Assembly: GCA_977018835.1 (NCBI GenBank) | Contig: OZ361260.1 | Span: 3,782,001-3,846,000, forward strand | DNA length: 64,000 nucleotides | Source of the DNA: Minutocellus sp. GHC0000111 | Lineage: Eukaryota | Direction of reading: 5' to 3' | Shown here: positions 46,020-57,135 of the stretch, one piece after another | Layout of the letters: each line of letters starts with the position of its first letter | How positions within the stretch are numbered: the stretch's first letter is position 1 | Program-made: the position numbers and the translations under genes | Notes under the pieces: model-generated | What the model saw: only the letters and a program-made list of their open reading frames with translations | Database searches by the model: none | Told to the model about the DNA's origin: nothing

Positions 46020-46311
46020 GTTTCGTAGAGTTTATTTTAGATGGCTGGGAGAGAGATGGGGGCTTTTCGTGGCCTTGCAGCTTGGCGCGTTGCCTTGCTC
46101 GGTGCTACCTCGGCGGAGCGGCGGCGGATTTGTGACCACCGCCATGGTTGTCTCGCTTCGGCTGAGTGCTTCTGAGCCAGCTTTTAAGAGGGCGCTGTCC
46201 ATAATTTTCCCCGTTTTTAATCCCCCTTATTCTTATTTCTTATGACGAGCGAAGCATGACAAAAACTCGACCCCACCATGAGAATCGCCGCTCTGCCCCC
46301 TCTTCATTACG

Positions 46312-47541
46312 ATGAAGCGCAGCGCTGATAATAGTGCCGGCCCGGCCCACAACGCAGATACGCGGTTGCGGAAACTCAAGACAGATAACTCCGGTCGCCC
46401 GATTTTGCCTGTTGACAAGAAGAAAGAGAAGGCGGAGGACAAAGCGAAAGACGCCGTTACCGAGATACTGGAGGGCCTCGCCGTCACGTTGGAGAACGAC
46501 CCGAACGGACAAGGACGAGAATTATGGAACAATCCCGGCGTCGGCCATGCACTTCAACATCTTGTCAAAGCAGTCGAGGCTCGCGCTGATAAGTATCATG
46601 TTCGGGATGATATTGATGTCGCTGCTGAGCGGCCCGGCCTCGTAGTTACCAACCTGTCCGTGGCTGATGTGAAGTTGAGGCTGACGGTCGGCATCGTCGA
46701 TCAATTGCAAGATCCCATGTTTGACGCCGGACCTGAATTCTTCCCTATATTTCAACTTCATGGGAAACGGATCGATATTGGATCGGCTCTTGCTGCGCAC
46801 GGCCGACCTTTCAACACCACATCGCTTACTTTGCTTGATGGAAGCGGAAAGCTTATCGTCGCTCGTGTTGCCCTGACAACTACCGAAAAGGCCCGAAGTC
46901 TACAACAGGGCCATGTGATCAAATTGACAAAGTTCCACCGATGGCATGTGGCTCCATATGATGACATACACTCTACTGCTGGGATTGGACTAGTTGATTT
47001 TGATATTGTTGGAATGGGCCAACTTCTGCAGGTAGATGGTGGGCCATCAGCAGCGATCAGATCGGACACGGATGCTCTTGTTGCGGCCGTTTGTGAGGAA
47101 GCCGACGATGATCCGACGGCAGCGCCGGAGGCAGACACATTCGGTAATTGGGACGAGACCAGAGAGAGGCCGCCAATACCCCCTGCTTGCTGCACTGCCG
47201 CCAACCGAAGCTGCTCAATGTACGGCACACTCTTCTTTCAGAAATGCGTCTGCGAAGAAATGCTGGTGCCGACGGAGGAGGACCTGGAGGATATCGCTGA
47301 CAAATACTACGCAACCACCATGCCAGTCGAAGCCATGGCAAATAATTTGAAGAGGAACATGCTGTATTGGTACTATGCAACTGAGGTGTATCATGTGAGA
47401 GGTTGGCTTGATCGGAAGCCCTTGCCAACCTGTCTAGTCTTTTGCATTAGGTTCATTTATCCAAATGATAAAGGTGAACGATATGTTGGATTCATCCCTG
47501 GTCATCAAGATGAAGAGGAAGAAGAAGAGGAAAATGCATAA
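46312..47541 (+). CDS. Transposon accessory protein: putative OB fold plus KolX/P2X7-intracellular-like C-terminal domain
   Basis: The C-terminus NNLKRNMLYWYYA...RKPLPTCLVFCIRFIYPNDKGERYVGF matches the KolX/P2X7 tail pattern (R..Y...R..LP.C....IR..FP...G.Y.GF). A Cys cluster lies upstream. Confidence 0.7.
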   Translation: MKRSADNSAGPAHNADTRLRKLKTDNSGRPILPVDKKKEKAEDKAKDAVTEILEGLAVTLENDPNGQGRELWNNPGVGHALQHLVKAVEARADKYHVRDDIDVAAERPGLVVTNLSVADVKLRLTVGIVDQLQDPMFDAGPEFFPIFQLHGKRIDIGSALAAHGRPFNTTSLTLLDGSGKLIVARVALTTTEKARSLQQGHVIKLTKFHRWHVAPYDDIHSTAGIGLVDFDIVGMGQLLQVDGGPSAAIRSDTDALVAAVCEEADDDPTAAPEADTFGNWDETRERPPIPPACCTAANRSCSMYGTLFFQKCVCEEMLVPTEEDLEDIADKYYATTMPVEAMANNLKRNMLYWYYATEVYHVRGWLDRKPLPTCLVFCIRFIYPNDKGERYVGFIPGHQDEEEEEEENA

Positions 47542-47645
47542 TCATTACCTCAACACATGTAGATAACAAGAATGTGCGTAGCACGTGAGTAACAGCACAC
47601 AATAAATCCATTTTTTTTTACAGTGATAAAATATTTTACACGTGT

Positions 47646-50079
47646 TTACAAGCTGCCATTTTCTCTCAGTATCGCCGGCATCCAAGAGCTAACATCATTT
47701 GCCGATACACCGAAGTTTGTCTTAGCTTTCTTATTATTTCTTGCAGATTTCTTGTTGCTGCCTGGGCTTCTGCGCTTCTTTCCGGCGTAAACGACAACGT
47801 CGTCAGCATCGTCGCATTGACATTCAGCCCGAGTGTGGCCAAGCTGCTTGCATTTCTGACACTGCTGGTCAATCTTCTTCTTGCGGCCAGGCTTTGCTGG
47901 TTTCGCCTTACCAGCAGCTAGGGCCCTGTTCTTCTTGTACACATAGTCCTTGTCGTCTTTCTCGCTTCTGTTTCGCAAGGCTGCTCGAAGGCGCTTGCTG
48001 TCGCTCTTGCTCTTTTTGTACTCATCGGTGCGCTTACGCGCAAGGTCGCCCTCGAGCTTCCGGTCAATTGCATCGAATCCATCTTTTCGGGTAGGAGAAT
48101 CCCTCGATCCCAACTTTTCAAGAACTCGCTCATTGAATTCCGTACCCAGTGACTTGTGGCCAGCGGCTCTACTTGTTGCATTTGGGTAGGCGTCTGAAGC
48201 AGTCAAATTCGGCCTTTTCCCCATCGTGAACTTCGTCACCATCCCGTTGAGCTGTTCGACGCCGGTGGTAGATTCCTTCTTGCAGTTGGAGTCGGCAGTA
48301 TTCTTGTTGATTCTCTTGGTTATTTCAAGCGTCATCTTGCGAATCGTGTCGTCACTAATCTCCAACATGTCGCCATCGAATTGATTCCCCGAGCTCCATT
48401 CCTCATCGAGCTTGCCATCACTCCAATCAGGATGAGCAATGCTGAGGCGAATCCAATCACACGTGTTGGTGGTGCAAAAAGTGTGAATGCCACATTGGTG
48501 ACGAACGACGGACTGGAGTTCTTTCTGAAGGAGGGCCAGATGACTTTGTTTTTCCTCCTCGGACACAGCACCATCGGGCTGATCGAGAACGCTGTGCTTG
48601 TACCGATCAGTAATCTTCGAAATGTCCTGTTTCATCCGATTGATGCGTGGTCGGGGGATGGCATTAAAATTTTCAACTCCCAACATTCTCGGCCAGATGC
48701 TCCTCTGCCACACCGGGGGAGCAGGAAGAGTTGCGATAGCAGAAGCCATCATGGTCGTACAGGGCCAGCATCTCATCCTTGCTCATGTTTTTGAGCTCAC
48801 TCGGCGTCATTGGATTGCCGGCTTCCCGCCTCTCCCTCAATCTTGCATTGCAGGCTCTCACGCAATAGTGGCAGCTTGCCTGAGAGATTCCCTTGTCAAC
48901 AACAAGGCCAGTTTCCTTGTCTACGGCAAATACCGCTGCAGCAGAGCCAGTGTAGCAATGGCCGTAGTCGCGTTTGAGGGCGCTGCCGTCTTGGGCCACC
49001 GTAACCACCGCCGCCGTGTGCATCTCGCCGCCTTGTTCAAACTCAACAGTCTTGCTGCTAGCGGCACATGCTTTTGCCCTATTCTCGTCAATGATTTCAT
49101 CAGCTGCTTCAATAGCCGCTGCTCTGCATTTCTTTTCCACCTGTCGGGCATTCTTTTCGGTCGGATGGACGATGTCGGCCTTCGTGCAGAAATTCATGAA
49201 GCGACTTGCGCACATGGCCTCATCTTCCGCTGCCTCCATCAGCTCCAAGTTCATTCCAGCCTGACTTCTAGAATGCTTTCTGCCGGGGCACACAACTTCT
49301 GACCTCTGGCCGATCCAAGTGCAAAAAGAAAAAGGTTGGTTGCATCTATCGCATCGCCATTCAAATGTAACGCCGAATCCACGCCGAACTGGCTCGGCCG
49401 AGAGATGCAGATTGCCGCACGATCGGTGGAGATTCTGTGCGAAATCATGCAGCTGCTTCATCTCAACCACAATTCTTTTGCCGTTGAGCTGCACGCCGGT
49501 GATGTTGGGACGATCGGCAGCGTTGGCGGTGGGAGTAGATGACCGACCGCCCGAAGAGTTCTTGTCGGAATAACATTTCAGCATCGCGTTGAGATGGGGC
49601 CCATGCTTTTCATCGTCCTGGAAGCAATTTTCAGGCATGGTCGGCAGTGATCGCTTGCCATTGCGTTGAGAGCGTGGGCTGGCGTTATCGGCTATTCTGG
49701 AGAAGCGGTAGAAGGGCTTTGCAACGTCAAGGCCTGATATTTTCTCTGGACGTCGTCGTTGGATGTTGACCTCGTGTCGTGTTGGGACGTGTTGAAGAGA
49801 TGATCGAACAAGAGAGATCTCTAAGCTCGGCGACACGCCACCGCGCATCAAGATACGAACAAGCTCATCAATAGTGTAGTAAGTACATCTGACGTCGTCT
49901 GGGAATGAGAGCAAGAGTGAGAGGATTGCCTCCTTGGCGTTAGCACGTGACGTTTTGTGTCGGCTCTGGCGCAAGACACGCTTTTCGATGAGAACCTTAC
50001 AAAAAGAACCCCAAATGAGGGAGACGTGCAAAAATACCCCAAACAAATATCCCCTTGCCTCCCAACAGCAAAACTTCAA
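47646..50079 (-). pseudogene. Kolobok/'Mutator-like' DDE transposase, split by an apparent internal deletion at ~48675
   Basis: QDGSALKRDYGH...TGLVVD...SCHYC...CYRNSSCSPGVAE (first catalytic D region), then in another frame HQCGIHTFC...TTGVEQLNG (catalytic E) and a CCHC knuckle CQKCKQLGHTRAEC. Confidence 0.75.
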
Positions 50080-50411
50080 GATATCTTCCCACCAGCACCA
50101 CCAATGCTGGTCATGCGTCGGCCGAGACTAATTTCGGTCGATCCGACGATGATGATGTGCACGTCGACTATTGTGTTTCTGAGGGAGAGTTGATTCATCG
50201 AAGTTCCTCTGAACCAAGTGTTCCTGGAGGGATTTCCGACTTAATGCTGAAAGGAACGTCGATGACTCTTCGCCACTGTGGAGAGCGGCGGCCTTCGATG
50301 AGGAGCCCATTGTCACGTTGGAGTGCTAACTTTGGCGACGGTGCGAAGAAAAAACGGCACAAAACACGCATTTTGGGGGCTTCCTAAAAGTTATGGACAG
50401 CGCCCTCTTAA

Positions 50412-52595
50412 CTCTTTGTTCCCGAAAGTTGCTCCCGGAAAGCGACGTCATTTTTTTTCAACGAAGAACAATGGCGGCACGCACTATTCGCTGTCTCCGT
50501 ACTCAGCGATCGCATCACGAATAACTTTCATATTGTAGTATCATTTGCCTCTCTACTTGGTCCACATATATATCTGGTTCGATAATACGCGACGCGCTTC
50601 CTCGTCGCGTATCTTGACACATCATCGCAGCACCGCATTTTCGTCAAACGACGACGAATTCCACCCAATTGCCTCCTCTCTCGGCCTTTGCGCAAAACGT
50701 CCGAATAGGGCCCAGCACCCTATTATTTCCAGCCCAGTCCCATCAATAACATCGCCCTCCATCATCTGAGAGGCTTGGTGAGTTCGCCGATCGAGTCGGT
50801 ATCTTTGTTCTCCTGCCGCCTGACGAACAATTCTCATTTATGCCCATTGTTCCTTCGTATTGCACTGTTCCACCCATTACAGCCCACCATGTCGGCAGAG
50901 GATATGGATATCGATACCGACGATGGCTCTGATGAAGATATGGTTGGTGTGGAGGGTGCTGGTCCTGACGACGATCTCCTCCACGATATTGAGAGTGGCA
51001 ACTTGCGGCCCCTCCAACAGCCACAAAACGTTGCCGCCGCATCAGATCTTGTGGCAGCTACTACCACCTCTACCACCGCCGTTCAACGCCGAAGGCAAAA
51101 CGAATCCATCGCCCATGATGATATTGTCGCCGGAAATATCATCATGGTCAGTCTTGGGTCAGTCTTGACTGCGAGACTACCGGTGTGGAAGGCATCCTGC
51201 TCCAACTATCGGCCGAATTCATCGACATGGCCACCAAGGAGACCATCGTTACGTTCAATTCCTTCGTCCGCCCTCCCGACGACGCCGAATGGAACATGAG
51301 GGCATGTCGGGAGTCCCATAACTATAGCAAGAATGATGAGCGTATCAGGAATGCCAGTGGTATTGAGGCAGTATGGACGGCATTTCATGACAAGTGCAAG
51401 GTTATTCTCGCCGCCAAGAAGGGCTTGCTTGTCGCTTGGCACGGAACGTCAGATTGCCAGCACATCTTCAAGATCGTCGAGGACACCCACAAGGGCAAGT
51501 TGTTCTTCCCGGGGGAGATTGAATATTTCTGTGATCCTTGTGCTGTTGTTGAGCACTACAAGTCGTGCCAGTTGCATGAGGTCCGCCGGGCTTCGGGCGT
51601 GGTGGGCTATGGTCTGGGGACGGTGTACGAGGAGGCGTTCGGCGAAAAAATTGTTGGAGCCCATGACTCTCTTGTCGATGCGAAAGCACAGACTAAGATA
51701 GTTTTGGACTCAAGGGTATTCAAATTTATTGATAGAAAGGCTTCTATCATGTCCCTGAAAGATGTTTGGTCGGCAAAGCGGAAGAAGCAGCAAGAGCATC
51801 GCATTCCTCCCATGCCGATGCAAGAGCTGCTTCTTCTGCAAGAACAATCTGACCGGCCCCGATGGCCCACCTCCGTCGCCCCGAAAACATCGCCGTCTAC
51901 CGCAACCTCCACCTGGTCCTCCCCCCGCCCACCGCCATGCAACAAAATATAGAGTCACTTTATTTGAGAATCCAAAGAGCTGTGGATTGTGCATGCAAGA
52001 GCAGAGGAAGCCACCGGTAGACAAGAGAGTTGAGGGTGAGAAATACATCAATAGAACTCGAGTTGGCTGTCCCCATCCTAATTGCCGGGCCCATCCAATT
52101 TGCAATGACCACTGGCCTAATTACAATCATGCAAAGTAAAATAAATATCATGCATGGTTGTTCTCACCTTTTATTCGGCGTCGTGGGCACAAAATGTAAA
52201 ATCCCGGTCGGACGACAATTCGCCAAATCGAGCAAAGCCAACCACCACCCCTCATCACAAATACCACAGCCGACCTTATGAGGGGTATGGGGCATGCTGG
52301 TATCGCAGCTGGAACAATGCGCTTGTATTCGAAGCAATAAGTGGTCGTGAAATCGGCCGCATCGAGGCACTCTGACGAATGAGAAGCGCTCGCGATGTTG
52401 AGAAAAGATACCGGTAGATACGGTGTACATAATGAAAGTAGAGATGACGGCCATTAATATGATGTGTTATGGGTGCAAGAAAGCGGCGGGAAGGTTGCCG
52501 TCGCTACCCGTGAAGTTCCACCATGGTGGCGTGCATATGTGGTTTTGCGAGTGGCCGTTTTTTTTGTGCATTTTGGTGCGCCGGGGAACAAAGAG
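50412..52595 (+). mobile_element. piggyBac-like non-autonomous element (2184 bp) carrying a DEDDh exonuclease
   Basis: 12-bp TIRs CTCTTTGTTCCC (50412-50423) and GGGAACAAAGAG (52584-52595), TTAA at 50408-50411 and 52596-52599, and a Cys-rich tail resembling the piggyBac CRD. Confidence 0.75.
50889..52139 (+). pseudogene. DEDDh 3'-5' exonuclease domain joined to a piggyBac-type Cys-rich C-terminus (disrupted)
   Basis: Removing the 11-bp tandem duplication GGTCAGTCTTG (51146-51167) gives VSLDCETTG...FNSFVRP...LVAWHGTSD...AHDSLVDAKA. After a frame switch at ~51795 it reads PCRCKSCFFC...CGLC...RTRVGCPHPNCRAHPICNDHW. Confidence 0.75.
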
Positions 52596-52639
52596 TTAAA
52601 AGTACAAAACCTGAGACTGCAACGGCGGGTTGCGCCACA

Positions 52640-55600
52640 GCACAAGAAGGAACCTCGTTGGATCATGCGTGTGGAGACTCCGGATGCAAATTCTTGGACC
52701 TGGCGACGGATGTGCTTGAGGAAGGCGTCACTGGACCACCGCCCTACCAGCATGATTGTGTACGTGGGAACATCATTTAGACACATTGCCATTGCTGCTC
52801 CGCTGCGAATGGAGTGTGATCCGAATTCAGAGGGGGATGGCAGCCAGCCCAGGACGTCCTCTCTCCAATCACTGTGGCCGACGCTCTCGGATCTTGTCAA
52901 CTATTCGGGTGGCAGGAATGTATTTTAATGCGCCGTTGACCACGAAGGCATTTACCGGCGTGTCGCTGTTGGCACTAGGGTGCCCTAGGACTCGTTTCAC
53001 CAGGGCAGCCCAAGCTCGAACTGGCTGGGCAGAGGGTGGCGTCGTGGGTGCAGTGTTGCGCAATCGTGACGTCACGCTCGTCGTTCTTCTGGAACTCAAA
53101 GGTGACGGAGACAGAGTCTGCTGAGAGGAGGGACCGGTCGTTGTGACACATGCGCCGTCGGCCGCGGCAGAACTGGATGTTGCGGAGGCGGAGCAGCTTG
53201 GTCCTGCGCTCACCGCTGACTCTCTGGAGTGTTCGCAAGACCTCATCGCGAAGAAGGCGCCGACGACGGCTAGTTGCCCGACTGCACGGTCCTCTTCCGT
53301 TTCCCTGACGGAGGCGATCTCTCGGAGGAGCCGGCAGGTGATCGCCTTCTCCGGCCGCTCGGCCGGGTCGGACTGGCTGTGTCCTCGGAACTGCCGCTGC
53401 AGAAGGAATGAAGGCTGGCCGATGTCGTCTTTCCCTGGGTCCCTGCGCTGCTGGTTGGTGCCGGAAGGACGAGCGTGCATGTGAGACGGTGTCTCGGACT
53501 GTCGACGCAGCCAGTCGCGAAAACTTTGGCCCCGAAAAGCTGGCCTGTCGGACGGCGTGGGCAAAGGCGCCGAGAATGACTGTTCGGTCTCGGGGTGATG
53601 CCTTGTCGAGGAAGACGTCGTCCCCGGTCCCGATGAGCTGCAGGAGCTCAGTCCAGCGGCTCCACGCGAGAGCGTGTTTCTCGGCAGTGGCCGTTGCAAC
53701 TGCTTCCTGACGGGCAGCGTCCGCGCCTGCGAGACAATCCAGGAAGCAATCTCGTTGGGCAGTGGCGCAATCCTGAAATTTGAGGGAAGCTGACATTCGG
53801 GAGATGACAGAAGCAATTTCGTGAGGTCAGCATCAGAGAGAGATCGGCATCACGAGAAAGAGAGTCGGCCTCCGGATTGCGCTTCCCCTGGAGCCACTGT
53901 GAGTGCAGCATGGTGTTGGTCTCGATGAGCATGTCGGCTAGTTTCCGCGCCGTGGCCAGCTTGACCGCTGCGTCGGCATCCTTCTCTCGCCGTGAGACAC
54001 GAAGTTCGACTTCCTGAGCCATCCCTCGGCCGTGGTGCTGTCGGTCCCCGACAGTGCGCAGGAGAGGGTTGGCAGGTTGCCCTCGATGTGGTCGATCCAT
54101 GGGCCGATGACGGCGGCGAGGAATTCCAGGCAATTGAGGGTGAACCGGCCCCACAGCTCCTCGGGGAGGGCAAATCTCCACGCTCTGCCGGATGAGGACC
54201 ATCCGCCGATGCCGTGCTCGCAGGCGTCACTTGTGTGCTCGTGGGTGGGGCAACGGCACGTGAGGAGGTTCATGCTCATGCCATCGGCGGCCCTTCGGAG
54301 GAAGCGGAGCCACAGGTTGAGGTCTTCTGCATCCTCAGAGTCGAACCGTTGGCGGCCGTGGCGGCGGGCCTTCCAGAGCCGATCCCGAAGGCGGCTGAGG
54401 AAGTGTCGTGCGGCTGGAGTGATGTGTCCGACGTGGTTTAGCCTTCCGACCAAGGTGTCCAGCTCTGATCTGGTGGCGCCGCGGGCTCTGAGGAGCCGAA
54501 GCATGTCATCGCGCCAGGCCAGGTGCTTGCTCCAAGGGAGCCTCAGCGGGAGCCGCCGGGTGTCAGCATCCCACCCCAAGAGACACAGTGCTTCGGAAGG
54601 CGTCCCCTCGGCGAGCAGCTTCTTGATGGAGGCAAGGTCATCTCTGGGCAGTGGCTCGCTATCGGATGCCGGTCGGCCAAGCGCGTGGATGGCGAGGAGG
54701 GTGGCAGCGGACATCCGATCCTTGTTGTCGCCCAGGTCAGGGGCTGCGGCGATGAGGTCATCGACGTGCGGCTCGACGATGCCATCCTTGTTGTCGGGAA
54801 GGGTTGCGATCATGTCCAGGGCCGGCGCGAACGGCACATCGTCGCCCTCCACCTTGGGGCGACCCACGTGCTTCTGCTGGGGGCTGTGGAGCTCTGACGG
54901 GTCCCAGTCCGAGCATTGCAGGAGAGGGCCCTGGCCAGGTCGGCCGCCGATTCGGACACATTGCACCACTCGCTCGGGCAAGGGCGGCCGCCGAAAGTCA
55001 GCCGGAGGGACATGAGGGCAATGCCATCCAGGGTGGTGATCGTTTTGACGGCCGTGCTGGGAGCCAAGTGGGCCCGGCGACACGCAGCCTTGAAGTCGAC
55101 CTTCTGCAGGAGGATGGGAGTGCGGGGATGCTTGTGACGGGCGTCTGCGATGCAGTGGATCACTCGCCGGAGGGCATGGCCGAACACCACTGGCTGGTGG
55201 TCCTCCATGCGTGCTCTGTTGTTGACGGACCGTGCGGTGCCGATCTCGAAGGATTGGTCGTGAGTCAGGCGGTCCTTGGGCGTGATCTCGCCAGCCTCGC
55301 TGATCGTGTTCTGTGCTACCAAACCCATCGGAGCCACCTCCGCTCCAGGAATGAGGGGCGCGACCTTTGCTGGCAGAGGGAGGGCGAAGCCGCGGGTCAC
55401 GTCGTCGAGAACTTGGTCCTTGAGTGCCTCCGGCCTGTCCCTGGCCGATTTGTGGTTGCCTCGGCCGATGTTCTTTGTCACGCTGTCCAGTCTGCTTTCG
55501 TCGCTCACCGGATCGAGGGCCCAGTCGGATCCACTGTCGAGAATGGAGCGGAAGCGGGGCCACAGCGGGTGCCGGCCAAGAATCGGCTCCAGAAGACTCA

Positions 55601-55830
55601 GGTCTCTGAACTCCGATCCCGGTTGGAGTGGCGACCCGCCCTGCGCCTCGAGTGCCCTGCTCAGAGAACGATCGTGTTTCTTGAGGACCGACCAATTGTG
55701 AGCGGCGGCCTCCGTCAAGAGCTCAAATCTGAACTCCGTGGGCTTCGGTGTGGCCGACGGGGACTCGACTGCTCGTCGGACGTGCTGTGCCAAGGTGGAA
55801 ACATCGAAGATGGGCTCTAGTTCCCACGTG
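52640..55830 (-). mobile_element. Degenerate tyrosine-recombinase retrotransposon (DIRS/Ngaro-like): RT, RNase H and YR; 5'-truncated, several frameshifts
   Basis: RT: RLTHDQSF, KVDFKAACRR, RLTFGGRPCP, HVDD, LLGW. RNase H: SDAC..GIGG, NCLEFLA, TDSTTA, NPEADSLSR. YR: FFAMRSCE, FQKND, LCP, HSIRSGAA, GRWSSDAFLKHIR. Confidence 0.9.
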
Positions 55831-56931
55831 GAATTGCACAAGGCGAGAAAGGTGAGACATGCACATGCTGCACGTTCACGAGCATGCGGGTCTGTCCGAC
55901 CGTGGTGGGCCCATTGTGGGCGCTGGGCTGCCCCGTTTGTTGTAGGTGTTTCTTCACCTGTTGGTCTCACTTGCCAATCCAACTTTTACAAACAGCGTCG
56001 CGATTGAGCAAAAAAGTAAACAGTGCACCCAAACAAACACATCACGTCCTTCTTAACTCACCCATTTATCTCCCAGACCAAAAAGTCCCTTTGTCGGGTT
56101 GATTGTTGCATAAACTTATCCCAATGCTGTCTGTCTCTCCTCGGGCGCAAAACTGTTGTCGGAATTCCGGGAGGTCGAGTGGGGATGCGATCGGTCGGGA
56201 TCAGCGAGAGTCGGTCATGCGGGGGGTGCGGCGCAATCCCGGCAGTTTATCATCAACAACAACGTGGGAAAGTGCCAGAGGGTCTGGGGCATCACAACGG
56301 GAGCACGACGAGCACAAAGACGGAGCAATGGTGCCACCCCAGAGAAACGAACGGCCGACAGATGGAGGAAAAGCAGGCCGATGGTTCGTGGCGTTGATGC
56401 GCAGCGGAGGCCAATCTGAGGATGCAGTGAGCTTCAACTACATCCAAACATGATAATGAATGCGTATTTGGTACGAAAATATAGTTGTACGCCGGCGCAA
56501 CGCCGACGGACCACCATGGTGTTGGACGGTCAAAGAATGGGTGACGAACGAGATTGGGTTTTGGTGGGTTTCTTCGTGACGTGTTCGTCTTCTGCCGAAA
56601 AACGCTTCATCCGACCGGCGAAACAAGACGAGATGGGGCTGTGTGCCCTTGCTTGCCTTCGCTTCCGCAGGCCGCGGAGATGTACTGCAAAGGCATAGAG
56701 GCGCCTTGATGTCTGTGGCCCCTGCCTGACTAGGGGTACTTTCTTGGTCATGAAGGAGGTTGTGGCTTCATTCTCAGCAGCAGGCAGATTTTGCAGATTC
56801 AGATTCGCGTGGCAGGCCGCATGAAAATAATGAGATGCGACCAAGACATGCATGGTGGAGAATGAGCAAATCTTGCCTCGAAGCAAAGTTCAAAGTTCAA
56901 CTCTCTCCTCTGCTGCCTGCTACGCTCTACG

Positions 56932-57030
56932 GACAAATTCAACTCAACTCGGCCGCTTGCTCACCCACCTCTCATTCTCTACGTACAAATTCAATTAAAC
57001 TCGGCCGCTTGCTCAGCTATCTCTCATTTT
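56932..57030. repeat. Short imperfect tandem repeat upstream of the dehydrogenase
   Basis: CAAATTCAA..AACTCGGCCGCTTGCTCA....CTCTCATT occurs twice. Confidence 0.7.
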
Positions 57031-57135
57031 CGGCCAAAGCGAACATAACTACTTTGAGTGCGTAGTAGCTACGTAGGATCCAACTGCCTGTTCAGCTCTG
57101 CTTGCATACAAATCTCGCTATTCACGTGTAAGCAA

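Larger units (their letters stand above)
46188..50407. mobile_element. Kolobok-type DNA transposon (4220 bp)
   Basis: Perfect 17-bp TIRs GAGGGCGCTGTCCATAA (46188-46204 and 50391-50407), TTAA on both sides (46184-46187 and 50408-50411), and two convergent ORFs. Confidence 0.85.

Noticed and set aside
46188..50407. Classification as MULE or Sola3
   Set aside because: There is no 9-bp TSD and the TIRs are short. A TTAA TSD with a convergent KolX-like ORF fits Kolobok better.
55830..56900. gag ORF or terminal repeats of the YR retrotransposon
   Set aside because: No recognisable gag motif or repeat matching the other end was found by eye.
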